Shown piece after piece: positions 1 to 10,339 of a DNA stretch of 64,000 nucleotides (position 1 is the stretch's first letter; each line of letters starts with the position of its first letter). Source of the DNA: Blastocladiella emersonii ATCC 22665 (Eukaryota; Fungi; Blastocladiomycota); assembly GCA_025594325.1 (NCBI GenBank), contig JANHCV010000012.1, positions 1,302,001 to 1,366,000 of the forward strand. Reading direction: 5' to 3'. Both the position numbers and the translations under genes were made by a program. The notes below the pieces were generated by a model. The model did no database searches. It had not been told where the DNA came from and was given only the letters and a program-made list of their open reading frames with translations.

Positions 1-855
1 TGCAGGCGCAGGCACGGGTGCAGGCGAGGGCGGGGCGGCCTTTTGCGGGGTACGTTTCCGCGGGCTCGGCGGGGGCATGGAGGTGCGCGTTGGCGATACG
101 ACGGGTGCGGGAGCCGCGGGCTCGGCCTTGCGCTTCGGCGGCGGCAGCGCAGCCGCGTCCTCGGCGTCGGGGATGGCCGAGGGCGTCGGCTTCTTCTTCT
201 TGGCGGGGACGGCGAGCGGGGTCTCCTCGTCGCCGAACGAGAGCATGGCGAGGCTGCGCTTGGTGGCCTTGCGGGCCTTGGGCGCGGCGGGTTCCGCTGC
301 CGTTTTGGCGGTGGCGGAGCGGTTCATGGCCGAGATGTCGCGCGGGACAATGTCGTCGAACGGATTCTCGACGATCTCGGCGCCGAGGATCCGCGGCGGG
401 TTGACGGGCCGCTCGGACGCGTCGGTGGGCTGGTCGGCCATATCGAGGACGTTGAACAGCGTGTCGCCGGCCACCCGCCCGAAAATGGTATGGCGGCCCT
501 GCAGCTCGGGGGTCTTGTCGAGGGTGAAGAAGAACTGCGACCCGCCGTCGGCGAGGGCGACGAGGCCGCGGCGCGCGAACCGCAGCCGCTGGTGGGTCTC
601 GACGGGCAGCTTCTCGCCCGAGGCCGACTCGCCGCCATGCCCCGTGCCGGTCGGGTCGCCGCCCTGCAGGATGAAGTTGGGGACGAGGCGGTGGAAGACG
701 GTGTTGTCGTAGTAGCCGTCGAGCGCGAGCTGCACAAAGTTGCGCGCGGCGAGCGGCGACTCGCGCGCCCACAGCTCGATGTCGACGGGCCCGCGCGTCG
801 TCTGCAGGACCACCTTGCCGCGGGTCACGGGCTCGGTGACGTAGCTCGATGACAT
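1..855 (-). CDS. CWC27: Cyclophilin-type spliceosomal protein CWC27; 3' end runs off the left edge of the window
   Basis: Manual translation from the ATG at 855: MSSSYVTEPVTRGKVVLQTTRGPVDIELWARESPLAARNFVQLALDGYYDNTVFHRLVPNFILQGGDPTGTGHGGES...SQFFFTL...HTIFGRV...NPFDDIVPR...LSFGDEE, matching the CWC27 family pattern. The frame stays open to position 1. Confidence 0.9.
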   Translation of the reverse strand, partial: MSSSYVTEPVTRGKVVLQTTRGPVDIELWARESPLAARNFVQLALDGYYDNTVFHRLVPNFILQGGDPTGTGHGGESASGEKLPVETHQRLRFARRGLVALADGGSQFFFTLDKTPELQGRHTIFGRVAGDTLFNVLDMADQPTDASERPVNPPRILGAEIVENPFDDIVPRDISAMNRSATAKTAAEPAAPKARKATKRSLAMLSFGDEETPLAVPAKKKKPTPSAIPDAEDAAALPPPKRKAEPAAPAPVVSPTRTSMPPPSPRKRTPQKAAPPSPAPVPAPA

Positions 856-1385
856 GGTTCAGCGTTGCATAGCAGGATGGTGGAGAGAGAGGACGGGAAG
901 CGAGCAGCGGGGCGCAAAGAAGCCCGAAAAGCGCGTTGAAACGGTCAGGTGCGCGGCACGTGCGGGCGAGTGACGCGTCGCCCAAGGTTTGCACGGGTCG
1001 GCGCGGGTGCGCGTTGGGCCACGCGTTGCGCCGCCGCGTGCCGCCGCGATAAGGGAGGGCAATCGCCCGTCCCTCTCGGAGCAACGCGAAGACTCGGACG
1101 GCTTTTCTCTCTGCAGCGCGAGATCGCGGCGTGTCTCTCCCACCCACGTTCCCACGCCGCACGCGCTCCCGCCGGCACACCCTGCCCCAACACTTCTCGC
1201 TGCCTGCAACGCGTTCCGAGACCGCCGCGGCCGCCCATCGCGCTCGCTCTCTCCCCGCCCGCCCTCGCTCTTGAACAGTGGGACCCCCCTGCGACGCCGT
1301 CCTCCTCCACGGCCAACCACCAACTGCACTCCACGCAACAACACCACACACGCATCGAACACCACCACCACCACCACCACCCGCC
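856..1385. promoter_or_regulatory. Divergent (bidirectional) intergenic region between CWC27 and GPH1
   Basis: Head-to-head starts at 855 (-) and 1386 (+). A CAC-repeat leader precedes the GPH1 ATG. Confidence 0.5.
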
Positions 1386-3246
1386 ATGTCGCCCATGTCG
1401 CTCCAGTCGACCAAGTTCAAGACGGGCGGCCGGTCCGAGGACGACCTGCGCAACCAGTACAACCACAAGCGGTACGCTGCTTCGCTCCCCAAAAACGACG
1501 CGTCGCCGACCACGCTAACCCCACGAAACCCGCGCGTCTAGCAACTACACGGGCCCGCCGCGCGACCAGCTGTCGCGCGTCAAGCGCGACGTGATCCAGC
1601 TGTGGCAGAAAATGTCGGTTGTGGACCCGAGCGACCTCGAGAACATCCAGCGGTCCATCATCAAGCACGCGACCTCGACGCTGGCCCGCACCGTGTTCAA
1701 CGTCGACAACTTTGCCGCCTACCAGGCCACGGCCCACTCGGTCCGCGACTTCCTCATCGAGCGCTGGAACGTGACCCAGCAGACGCACACGCTCAAGGAC
1801 CCGAAGCGCGTCTACTACATGTCGCTCGAGTTCCTGCTCGGCCGCTCGCTCGACAACGCCCTGCTCAACCTCAAGGTCAAGGAAAAGTACGGCACCGCCC
1901 TGCAGTCGCTCGGCTTCCGCATGGAGGACCTGATCCCCGAGGAGGAGGACGCGGCGCTCGGCAACGGCGGGCTCGGCCGACTCGCCGCCTGCTACATGGA
2001 CTCGCTCGCGTGCCTCGAGTACCCGGCGTGGGGCTACGGCCTGCGCTACACGTACGGCATCTTCAAGCAGCACATTGTCGACGGCCACCAGACTGAGTTC
2101 CCCGACTACTGGCTCAACTACGGCAACCCGTGGGAGGTGCCCCGCCTCGACGTGGTCTACGAGGTGCGCTTCTACGGTCACTGCACCCGCTACACGGACG
2201 CGCTCGGCTCGGAGCGCTGGAAGTGGGAGGGCGGCGACAAGGTGCAGGCCGTGGCCTACGACGTGCCCATCCCGGGCTACAACAACCACACGTGCCTCAA
2301 CATCCGCCTGTGGTCGTCCAAGCCCACCAAGCAGTTCGACCTGTCGTCGTTCAACGCGGGCAACTACGAGAAGTCGGTCGAGGAGCAGCAGCGCGCCGAG
2401 AACATCACGTCGATCCTGTACCCGAACGACAACCACAACATGGGCAAGGAGCTGCGCCTCAAGCAGCAGTACTTCCTGGTGTGCGCCACGCTCAAGGACG
2501 TGATCCGCCGCTTCAAGAAGACCAACCGCCCCTGGGCCGACTTCCCCGACCAGGTGGCGGTCCAGCTCAACGACACGCACCCGACGCTGGCCGCCGTCGA
2601 GCTGCAGCGCCGCCTCGTCGACCTCGAGGGCCTCGAGTGGGACGAGGCCTGGGACGTGGTCACGCGCACCTTCGCCTTCACCAACCACACGGTGCTGCCC
2701 GAGGCGCTCGAGACGTGGCCCGTGCCGCTGCTCACGGAGCTGCTGCCGCGCCACATGGCCATCATCTTCGACATCAACCTCTACTTCCTGCAGCAGGTCG
2801 AGAAAAAGTTCCCCAACGACCGCGACCGCCTGCGCCGCATGTCCATCATCGAGGAGACGACGCCGCAGCGCGTGCGCATGGCGCACCTCGCCGTGATCGC
2901 GTCGCACACGGTCAACGGCGTGGCGGCGCTGCACTCGGCGCTCGTCAAGTCGCTCATCTTCAAGGACTTTGCCGAGTTCTTCGGCGACGCCAAGTTCACC
3001 AACGTGACCAACGGCATCACGCCGCGCCGCTGGCTCAACCAGGCCAACCCGCCGCTCGCCGCGCTCATCACGCAGCTCATTGGCGGCGGGTGGCACAAGG
3101 ACCTCGGCGAGCTCAAGAAGCTGGCCAAGTTCGCCGACGACGCCAAGGTGCAGGAGCAGTGGCGCGCCGTCAAGCTGCACAACAAGCAGCGCCTCGCCGA
3201 GCTGATCCACCGCCAGTCGGGGCTCACGGTCTCGCCCGACGCGCTC

Positions 3247-3291
<45 letters not shown>

Positions 3292-4230
3292 ATGAACATT
3301 TTGGGCGTGATCCACCGCTACTTCTCGCTCAAGCGCATGACGGAGCAGCAGCGCCAGCGCGACGTGGTGCCGCGCGTCGTGGTCTTCGGCGGCAAGGCGG
3401 CGCCCGGGTACTACATGGCCAAGCTCGTGATCCTGCTCATCAACAACGTGGCCAAGGTGGTCAACAACGACCCCGAGGTGAACAAGTACCTGCAGGTGTC
3501 GTTCATCTACGACTACAACGTGTCGCTCGCCGAGATCATTGTGCCCGCGTCGGACATTTCGCAGCACATCTCGACGGCGGGCACCGAGGCGTCGGGCACG
3601 TCCAACATGAAGTTTGTCCTCAACGGCGGCCTGATTGTCGGCACGGTCGACGGCGCCAACATCGAGATTGGCGACGAGATCGGCAAGGACAACATCTACT
3701 TTTTCGGCGCGCTCGCGCACGAGGTCGAGGACATTCGCCACGCGCAGCGGTACCGCCAGGTCAAGATGGACCCCAAGCTCGAGGCGGTGCTGGCCGTGAT
3801 CTCGTCGGGCCAGTTCGACACGGAGCCGCCCGCGGCCACGGTCACGGGCACGGTCCACGGGCCCGCGGGGACCCCCTCGGCTTCGCCGTCGCCCACCATG
3901 TTCCTGACGGGGCCGGGTACCCAGGTGGTGGCGCCGCCGACGACCAAGCAGTTTGGCCCGCTGATCCAGACGCTGACGACGGGCGGCGACTTCTACCTCC
4001 TGTCGCACGACTTCTCGGCGTACCTCGACGCGCTCGCCAAGGCCGACGCCGAGTTCCGCGACACCAAGCTGTGGACGCGCAAGTCGATCCTCGCCACGGC
4101 CGGCATGGGCCACTTCTCGTCGGACCGGTCGGTCGCCGAGTACGCGCGCCGCATCTGGCACATTGAGCCGTGCCCGATGGAGGCGCCCGAGACGGTGGCG
4201 TCGCAGCTGGCCGCGGGCGACGACGAGTAG
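1386..4230 (+). CDS. GPH1: Glycogen phosphorylase; exons 1386-1471 and 1542-4230
   Basis: ORF 1591-4230 carries GT35 motifs (ALGNGGLGRLAACYMDS, QLNDTHP, VQVKRIHEYKRQLMN, EASGTSNMKF). Intron 1472-1541 has a GTACGC donor, GCTAAC branch and TAG acceptor, and splicing joins exon 1 (MSPMSLQ...NHKR) in frame. Confidence 0.97.
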
Positions 4231-4338
4231 GCGTTCGGTTGGTCGCTGGTGCGCGACGAGGTGATGGTTTTGTTCGGTCGATGGCAAGCGAGAGTTTGTG
4301 AATGCATGCAAGTTTTCTGTGTTTATTTCGATCCACTA

Positions 4339-5238
4339 CTACTCGCGGCAATTGGAGATGTTGAAGACGAGAATGTCGGTGGCGCCGATCGCCTCGAGCT
4401 GGTCGAGGATCTCGGCCACGTCCTTTTTCGCGACCATGACCGAGACCGCGCACCAGTCGCCGTTATCGAGCGGGGCGACGGTCGGCGCCTTGCGGCCGGG
4501 CGTGATCTTGAACGCGGTGGCGAGGTTGGCGCGCGCCACGTTGTAGTTGCAGTACACGTACCGCCCCGCCAAGATCACGCCGCGGATCCGGGACACGATC
4601 TTGGCGGCGACGTCGGCGTGCGCGCGCCGCTTGTTGGCGACCAGCACCGCCTGCGACTTGACGAGCGTGTGGATCCGCGTGAGCCCCGCGGCGCGCATCG
4701 TCTCGCCGCTCTCGACCAGGTCGACGATCGCGTCGGCCAGCCCGAGCGCGCACGCCGCCTCGACGGAGCCCGACACGAACGAGATCTTGGTCGTGGTCCC
4801 GAGCTCGGCGTCGAGCGGGCCAAAGTACGACGCGGCGAGGTTCTCGAACGACGTCACGATCCGCTTGCCCGCGAGCGCGCGCGGGTCCGTCACGCCGGAC
4901 GCCTCGGGGACCTGGATGCACAGGTCGCACGCGCCGAACCCGAGCTGCAGCACCTCGTCGACGTCGGCGTTGGCCTCGGCGACCACGTCCTGGCCCGTGA
5001 TGCCCAGGTCGACGATGCCGTCCGACACGAACTTGGGGATGTCCGCGGCGGGCAGGAACACGAGCGCCACGTTCTGGTTCGTCGACAGCGCGATGTCGAG
5101 CCGGTTCTTGCGGTGGAACTGGATGTCGGCGCCCGCGAGAAGGTGCAGGGACTTGTCGCACAGCCGGCCCTTCTTGGGGACCGCCAGGATCAGGCGCGAG
5201 GACATCTCGGCCTGTGCCATGCGCAGGAAGTCGGCCAT
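4339..5238 (-). CDS. HIS1: ATP phosphoribosyltransferase (long-form HisG), intronless
   Basis: RLILAVPKKGRL, LPAADIPKFVSDGIVDLGITGQD, GSVEAACALGLADAIVDLVESGETMRAAGL and a C-terminal regulatory domain (ITPGRKAPTVAPL). The likely start is MADFLRM at 5238. Confidence 0.96.
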   Translation of the reverse strand: MADFLRMAQAEMSSRLILAVPKKGRLCDKSLHLLAGADIQFHRKNRLDIALSTNQNVALVFLPAADIPKFVSDGIVDLGITGQDVVAEANADVDEVLQLGFGACDLCIQVPEASGVTDPRALAGKRIVTSFENLAASYFGPLDAELGTTTKISFVSGSVEAACALGLADAIVDLVESGETMRAAGLTRIHTLVKSQAVLVANKRRAHADVAAKIVSRIRGVILAGRYVYCNYNVARANLATAFKITPGRKAPTVAPLDNGDWCAVSVMVAKKDVAEILDQLEAIGATDILVFNISNCRE

Positions 5239-5839
5239 CTTTGGTTGTGTTGTTACGTTGCAATGAGTGCGGAGGGGGTTGCGGGAGCGAGAGATGGGGT
5301 CGAGGGACTCGCGCGGGTTTTGTACCGCTGCGAACCGCGGCCGCGGCCGTGAGCGCTCCCCCCGCCGTCGAATCACGCGGCACGATGACTCGGCCCAGCC
5401 GCCGACTCACGCCCATCGCGCCATCGTCGTCGAGCAACGTGGCTGGAGGGGGGGCGGGTCCCTAGGCTCGGGCGTAGGTTGGTCCCTGTGGTCGGCAGCC
5501 GGCCGGCCGAGCGTGCTTACGCGCGCACTCCGAAACGCCGGCCCGGCGCACCGGGGCCTCCTCGCTCGCCGCGCGGATCGGCAGGCGGCACGCCCAGAAC
5601 CCCGATCGCGTCGCGCGAGGCTTCGAGATGGCGACGAGAACGGGCTCACATGTCGGTACCGGGGCAAGTCGCGAGTGAAGGGCGCGCGGGGTGGTGTGCG
5701 ACGGGCACGCGGGGATCGACCGGGGCGCGGGCGAACACCGATGCGAGAGGGCTCCGGGGCCCCACAACCTGCGGCAGGGGGATCACTGGCGCGAGGTTAG
5801 CGTTGCGAAGAAGTCGGGGCTTGAGAGGGGCGGAGGGAA

Positions 5840-5912
5840 CCAGTCGGGCGCCGAGTGTCTCGCGCGGCGTCTCGCAGCCACCACGTGAGCGATCACATGA
5901 TAAACCGACGCG
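5840..5912. repeat. Direct repeat copy 1 (partner at 7601-7669), containing CACGTG and CACATG E-boxes
   Basis: The 50-nt core gtgtctcgcgcggcgtctc..caccacgtgagcgatcacatgataaa is identical at 48/50 positions to 7612-7661. Confidence 0.85.
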
Positions 5913-6239
5913 TCCAACACGCCTCATCTCTGAGGTGCGTTTCAAGCTAAAGAACCGTCCACATTTTCATGGGGTGTCCGTTGTGTTAAAGCCATTCCGT
6001 TACGTTGTCCGGGTTGAACGCGACTAAGTGCCTGAACGAGTGCGTTGGAGCGGGAACCCAGACTCGTGGAGCCACCATCGTACCGCCTCGGTCCGGCGCG
6101 CAGTGCTTCACCATTGATCCACGTTCCGACACGCGTCGCCGAGCCACTATCGTTTGACCCACACTCAAAAAAACGGATGATTTGAATGACTAAACAACGA
6201 GTCCGAGGAACGTAAATCGTGAACAAAAACATGAATCGA

Positions 6240-7226
6240 TTACAGCTTAATGGGATACCCGTAGTTTGCGAAGCGCGAGTACACTTCGCGACTGTTCCCA
6301 TGGTGGCTAAACGCCTCCTTGGTGTACTTGATAGGGTGTCCAGACTTGAACCAAAGATCGAGAATCGCCCAGTGGCCGTTCATGGCCGCGCTATCCAGCG
6401 CTGACTCGGTATACTTGACCGGAAGATCAGACTCGTAGAGCCAGTAACGGACGACCTCTGTCCTTCCATACGCGCAAGCCATCCCGAGTGCAAACTCAGA
6501 GTAACGGACGGCCATTGGAAAATGTTTGAGAATCCACTTGATCACGTTGAGGTGGCCGGCTGTGCTGGCGTGATCGAGATTTCTGATGCTAGTCACGGCA
6601 TTACAGCAAGCCAATTCCGTGCTGTCGCGCCGGAGAAGCGCCTGGCGATGCAGTGCTGCGAGATCAAGATTACAGTCCTTGTCAAAGGCGCTCGAAAACG
6701 CGTAGCGGGTCCAGACGTCGAGCAGGTCGGTGCGTCCGATTCGAGCGGCATCGTGCGGAATTTCTTGGACGTGGGCCTTGGTCAGAGGGCGCGGAGGCGG
6801 CTGGCGATAGAAAAAGTGCTCGAGGATTCCAACCTGCCCCGTAGAGTAGAGCAAATAAAGTACATAGGGCGCCGAACAACACGCAGGCAGCCGTTCTAAC
6901 TTGTAGTAACGGGCAAACAGGTTAAAGCGATCAACTCGGTCTTCGGCAATGATGTGAAAAAGCGTGGTCCCAGGCATCCGCCCGAAGACAAAGCGGCGCA
7001 GCTGGTGGAGTTCTGGGGCAACACGGAGATAGGCATGAAGCTCCTGTGCGAGGGCGTTCCACTTGCTCGGCCAGCACCGACGCTTCGCTTCAAAGATATT
7101 CATGTTTCTGTTGAAGCGCATCGTCTGGAAGCAGTAAAAAGGCCAACCGCGACCAGCAGCCAAGGCGGCCGCGAAGAGCAGGATCTCCTCGAGAATGTCA
7201 AGAGGCAGAAACATGCGTGGATGCAT
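6240..7226 (-). CDS. Lineage-specific ankyrin-like repeat protein with an F-box-like N-terminus
   Basis: Open frame from MHPRMFLPLDILEEILL. Repeats include LDHASTAGHLNVIKW, ALGMACAYGRTEVVRYW and YTESALDSAAMNGHWAILDLWFKSG. Confidence 0.75.
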   Translation of the reverse strand: MHPRMFLPLDILEEILLFAAALAAGRGWPFYCFQTMRFNRNMNIFEAKRRCWPSKWNALAQELHAYLRVAPELHQLRRFVFGRMPGTTLFHIIAEDRVDRFNLFARYYKLERLPACCSAPYVLYLLYSTGQVGILEHFFYRQPPPRPLTKAHVQEIPHDAARIGRTDLLDVWTRYAFSSAFDKDCNLDLAALHRQALLRRDSTELACCNAVTSIRNLDHASTAGHLNVIKWILKHFPMAVRYSEFALGMACAYGRTEVVRYWLYESDLPVKYTESALDSAAMNGHWAILDLWFKSGHPIKYTKEAFSHHGNSREVYSRFANYGYPIKL

Positions 7227-7439
7227 GATAAGGGGCAAGAGTTGTTGCTGTGTTTGAGTTCGCCGAGAGAAAGGGAGCAAGGGGTTGGGCCGAGGCGAAG
7301 GGGTACATTGTTGCGTTCCAGAGGAACACAGCGCGTGAGGTGTACCGAGTAGCTGAGCGTCGATACGTTTAGAGGAGACGAGGTGGCACGAGGCCGAGAC
7401 AATTGAGAACTCATCATATCCGTGGAGCTGAGCCAAACG

Positions 7440-7575
7440 AGAGAGGGAGCAACTCTCTCGGCTGTTCCGAAGAAAAGGGAGGGGAGAGGCGGACACGCGC
7501 GTCACGTGGCCTGGATCAGTGGCGCAATCACCGACCCGCTTTCACTTCACCACACCCGCGGGTCAGGAAATAACA
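7440..7575. repeat. Dispersed promoter-like cassette copy 1 (GTCACGTG...GATCAGTGGCGCAATCAC...GTCAGGAAATAACA)
   Basis: Aligns by eye with 44555-44685 (same strand) and with the reverse complement of 47046-47104. Confidence 0.8.
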
Positions 7576-7600
7576 TACATACATGCAGTGCTCGGCGTGG

Positions 7601-7669
7601 CCAGTCGGCTCGTGTCTCGCGCGGCGTCTCTCAGGCACCACGTGAGCGATCACATGATAAATCAACGCG
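7601..7669. repeat. Direct repeat copy 2 (partner at 5840-5912)
   Basis: See copy 1. Confidence 0.85.
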
Positions 7670-7949
7670 ACTCGCGTAAGTTTACTCGCGCGCACTTATT
7701 TAATTCGAGCTACCGCCGTTAATTGCTGCTAGGGTAACCGGAGAGATAAAACTGCGCATGCATTTCGCTGGCGGATGACCGCGCTGTCGCACTTGAGGCG
7801 TGACTGCACTCCACGAAATGCGGCTCTGCCATGGCTTCCGACTGGCGGAGGAGCGGCAGCCGCCCTTGCTGTGGACCTCCCACAACATTTCCGCTCTAAT
7901 TCGGCTCCCGCCTCCATCACAGACCTCGTAGCACAGTCGCGAACCCGCG

Positions 7950-8547
7950 ATGTTCCCAGTAAATAGCCTAGAGCGTTTTGAGGACTTGGACCACGTACGT
8001 TATCGCCGTCTGTGCGCGTTTCCAGTGGCCTTGAGTCGTCTCCTTCGCACAAGCTTCCAGCGGCGCTGGCTGAGCATGGGATTCGGGCGGTGCTCCCTTC
8101 AGCCTGCTGCGGAAGCATCCGAAGACGAAAGTGTGTACGTCGTGCATATACCAACCACGGTTGAGCAAGAGGTTGTGCTCAAGGTCGTGATGGAGGCGGC
8201 GGCCAAAGCCAAGGAGGCCCTGCAATTTTGCCAAGTTCAGATAGAGACGCGTTTGTTCTCCTCACTGGCGCAAAACAAATTCTTTGACCCATCAACTCGG
8301 CAATCACGACGTGTCGGAACTTCAACAACGTGAGAGAATGGTGAATTCATCTGACAAGGAAACGGTGGTTGTCCTCGTTGTTGATGCCGCACCACAGTGT
8401 TGGGCTTGTGGACGAATGGATGAAGACATCCCAGAGGATGTCACCCTAGATGCGCCTGCAGCGGCTGACAATAATGAAAGTGGCGATGACGATGGTACGT
8501 CAAATCTGGTTACAGAATTGGTTTTGCTTCCCGCACTCCGCTTGTAG
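7950..8547 (+). pseudogene. Unknown family copy A (frameshifted)
   Basis: SPSHKLPAALAEHGIRAV is followed by a 2-nt deletion relative to copy C, then VYV...TTVEQEVVLKVVMEAAAKAK. Homologous to 9319-9700 and 45006-45400. Confidence 0.55.
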
Positions 8548-9318
8548 CCGGCTGGGCCAGCAAGCTTGGACAAATGACCCCACTTCACGTGTTGGCATAC
8601 GCATTTACAGGGCGGAGTAGTATTATTGTTTCGTTTCACGTGCAACCAATCGCCCACCGCTTGTCAGTGAATGTTATTGACCTCTTTCTTGGCGTTCTTG
8701 GTGTATATGTGATTTCAGTGCCTTGCGCAGCGTATTTGCTCCGAAACAAATGATATTTATTAGTTAACAGCTTTCAGTTTCTTCCTTAAACGAAGCCAAC
8801 CTTCTTTTAGAGCCACTCGCGTGCGCAAAGGCGCCAAAGTCAGCGATTCGCCATGAGTGGCGTTGTAGCCGCGCGAAGGCTGGTGCGAGTTGCCCAGTCA
8901 ACTTGGTTCAGGTTTTTCGGTTAAGGTTTTGCCGCACACGTTACAGAAACTACAAGCATGGATGGAGGCAGGCGTATGACTCGACCGACCGCGCGAGTTG
9001 AAACGGTGGTGCATTTCACGACGCGTTGCGCCACACACGTGCCCCATCTCCTCAGAGCGATGCTTTCGTCGTGCGCCGCTCCGTCAATAGTTTTCCCTCG
9101 CGCGGCAGCACAGCGAAATATCGCATTGGGTTAATCGAGGCACTCTACATGAAAACATAACTGGTCGGAAGGCTTGGCGGTAGCGGGTCGCGGGTGGTCA
9201 GTTATTTTCGAGCGCCAGGTGAGTGCGGCTCAGCTGCCCTTGCAATAAAACGGCTTGCGGACTAGTTTTGCTCCCTTTCTGCCCCAACCCCATCCCATAG
9301 CACCGAAGCAAACCCTTA

Positions 9319-10130
9319 ATGGCTTCTATCTCTAACCTCATGCATAGCGAAACTGTTGACCGCGTAAGTCACCGCCTCGTTTCGTCACAAGTCGTCATCG
9401 CTGACTCTTCCCATCGTCGGCAGAAAGTCCACTCTTCTAGTACTCTAAGGATCTCACATGTCATTGTTGTCGACATCGATGAGTCGCCAACATTTTCGCC
9501 TTCGCGCAAAGTCCTGACCGCTCTAAGTAAGCATGGAATTCGGGTTATGCCTTCACTTCAACAGCCTGGCGCAGATAATGAGAAGATCTACGTCGCGTAG
9601 AGTCCGGTCACGCTTGAGCAGAATGACGTGCTCAAGATTGTGATGGCGGCGGCAACCGAAGCCAAACTGGGGCTTCGGCTCGCCCATTACATGCAACTTG
9701 GCCAGGACAATGCTCGCAAAGACGAGCAGTGTTTGATCTCGCCACTGGCTCCAGGTTCGCCTTTCGCCAAGGACAACTGAAAAAAGCTTGTCATCCAACG
9801 AGCCAGTCTTTGTGGTCTTTGTCCAGGCCGCGCCATCCGGTACGGTGCAACCCGCTCGAAACGTAGCGACGTTGTGACTAACCAAACAACACAGTTTCTG
9901 CCGTTCAGGAGTTGCTTGGTCTGCCGTTTCCATTCCGTGCAGCTCTGTTTCTCTTCGTCCTGATTGGTGTGGTTTACTTCTTCGCGTATACCTTGATGAC
10001 TTACGGGGAAATCCTCTCCAAGCTGTCGCATATCCCCTTCAACGGCCTTGCCATTCTTGGCTTGTTTCATATCCTGATATTTTTTTTCCGGGTGGCAAAT
10101 TGGCTAGTACCCTACGAACATGCAATTTAG
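9319..10130 (+). pseudogene. Unknown family copy B: N-terminal domain plus a C-terminal hydrophobic exon; in-frame TAG at 9598-9600
   Basis: RKVLTALSKHGIRVMPSLQ...IYVA*SPVTLEQNDVLKIVMAAATEAK (CAG in copy C is TAG here). A GTGACTAAC branch and CAG acceptor precede the hydrophobic segment 9912-10130. Confidence 0.55.
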
Positions 10131-10339
10131 TCTCTTTCGTTCTCAGTCATGCTGGTCTAGGTTAGCGACCAGGTGTCAGCGGCAGAGATGATCAAGTATG
10201 CGACATGGCGACCTCTTCCGCCGCCCTACAGCTTCACGCGATTACGAGTGTGGGTCACCTACTTCCCAAGTCAATCCAGCGCTATCGATTGAAGCACTTT
10301 GAATAAAACTGGATGTATCAAAAACGCTGGACTGACAAC

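Noticed and set aside
1417-4311. 964-aa antisense ORF over GPH1, and many similar long overlapping ORFs (for example 18890-20407, 30559-32403, 48614-50386)
   Set aside because: These are shadow frames produced by extreme GC3 bias. They have Arg/Gly/Ala-rich nonsense composition and no motifs.
9598-9600. RIP-like CpA-to-TpA mutation
   Set aside because: A single C-to-T change is not evidence of RIP, and no systematic TpA enrichment was evident by eye.
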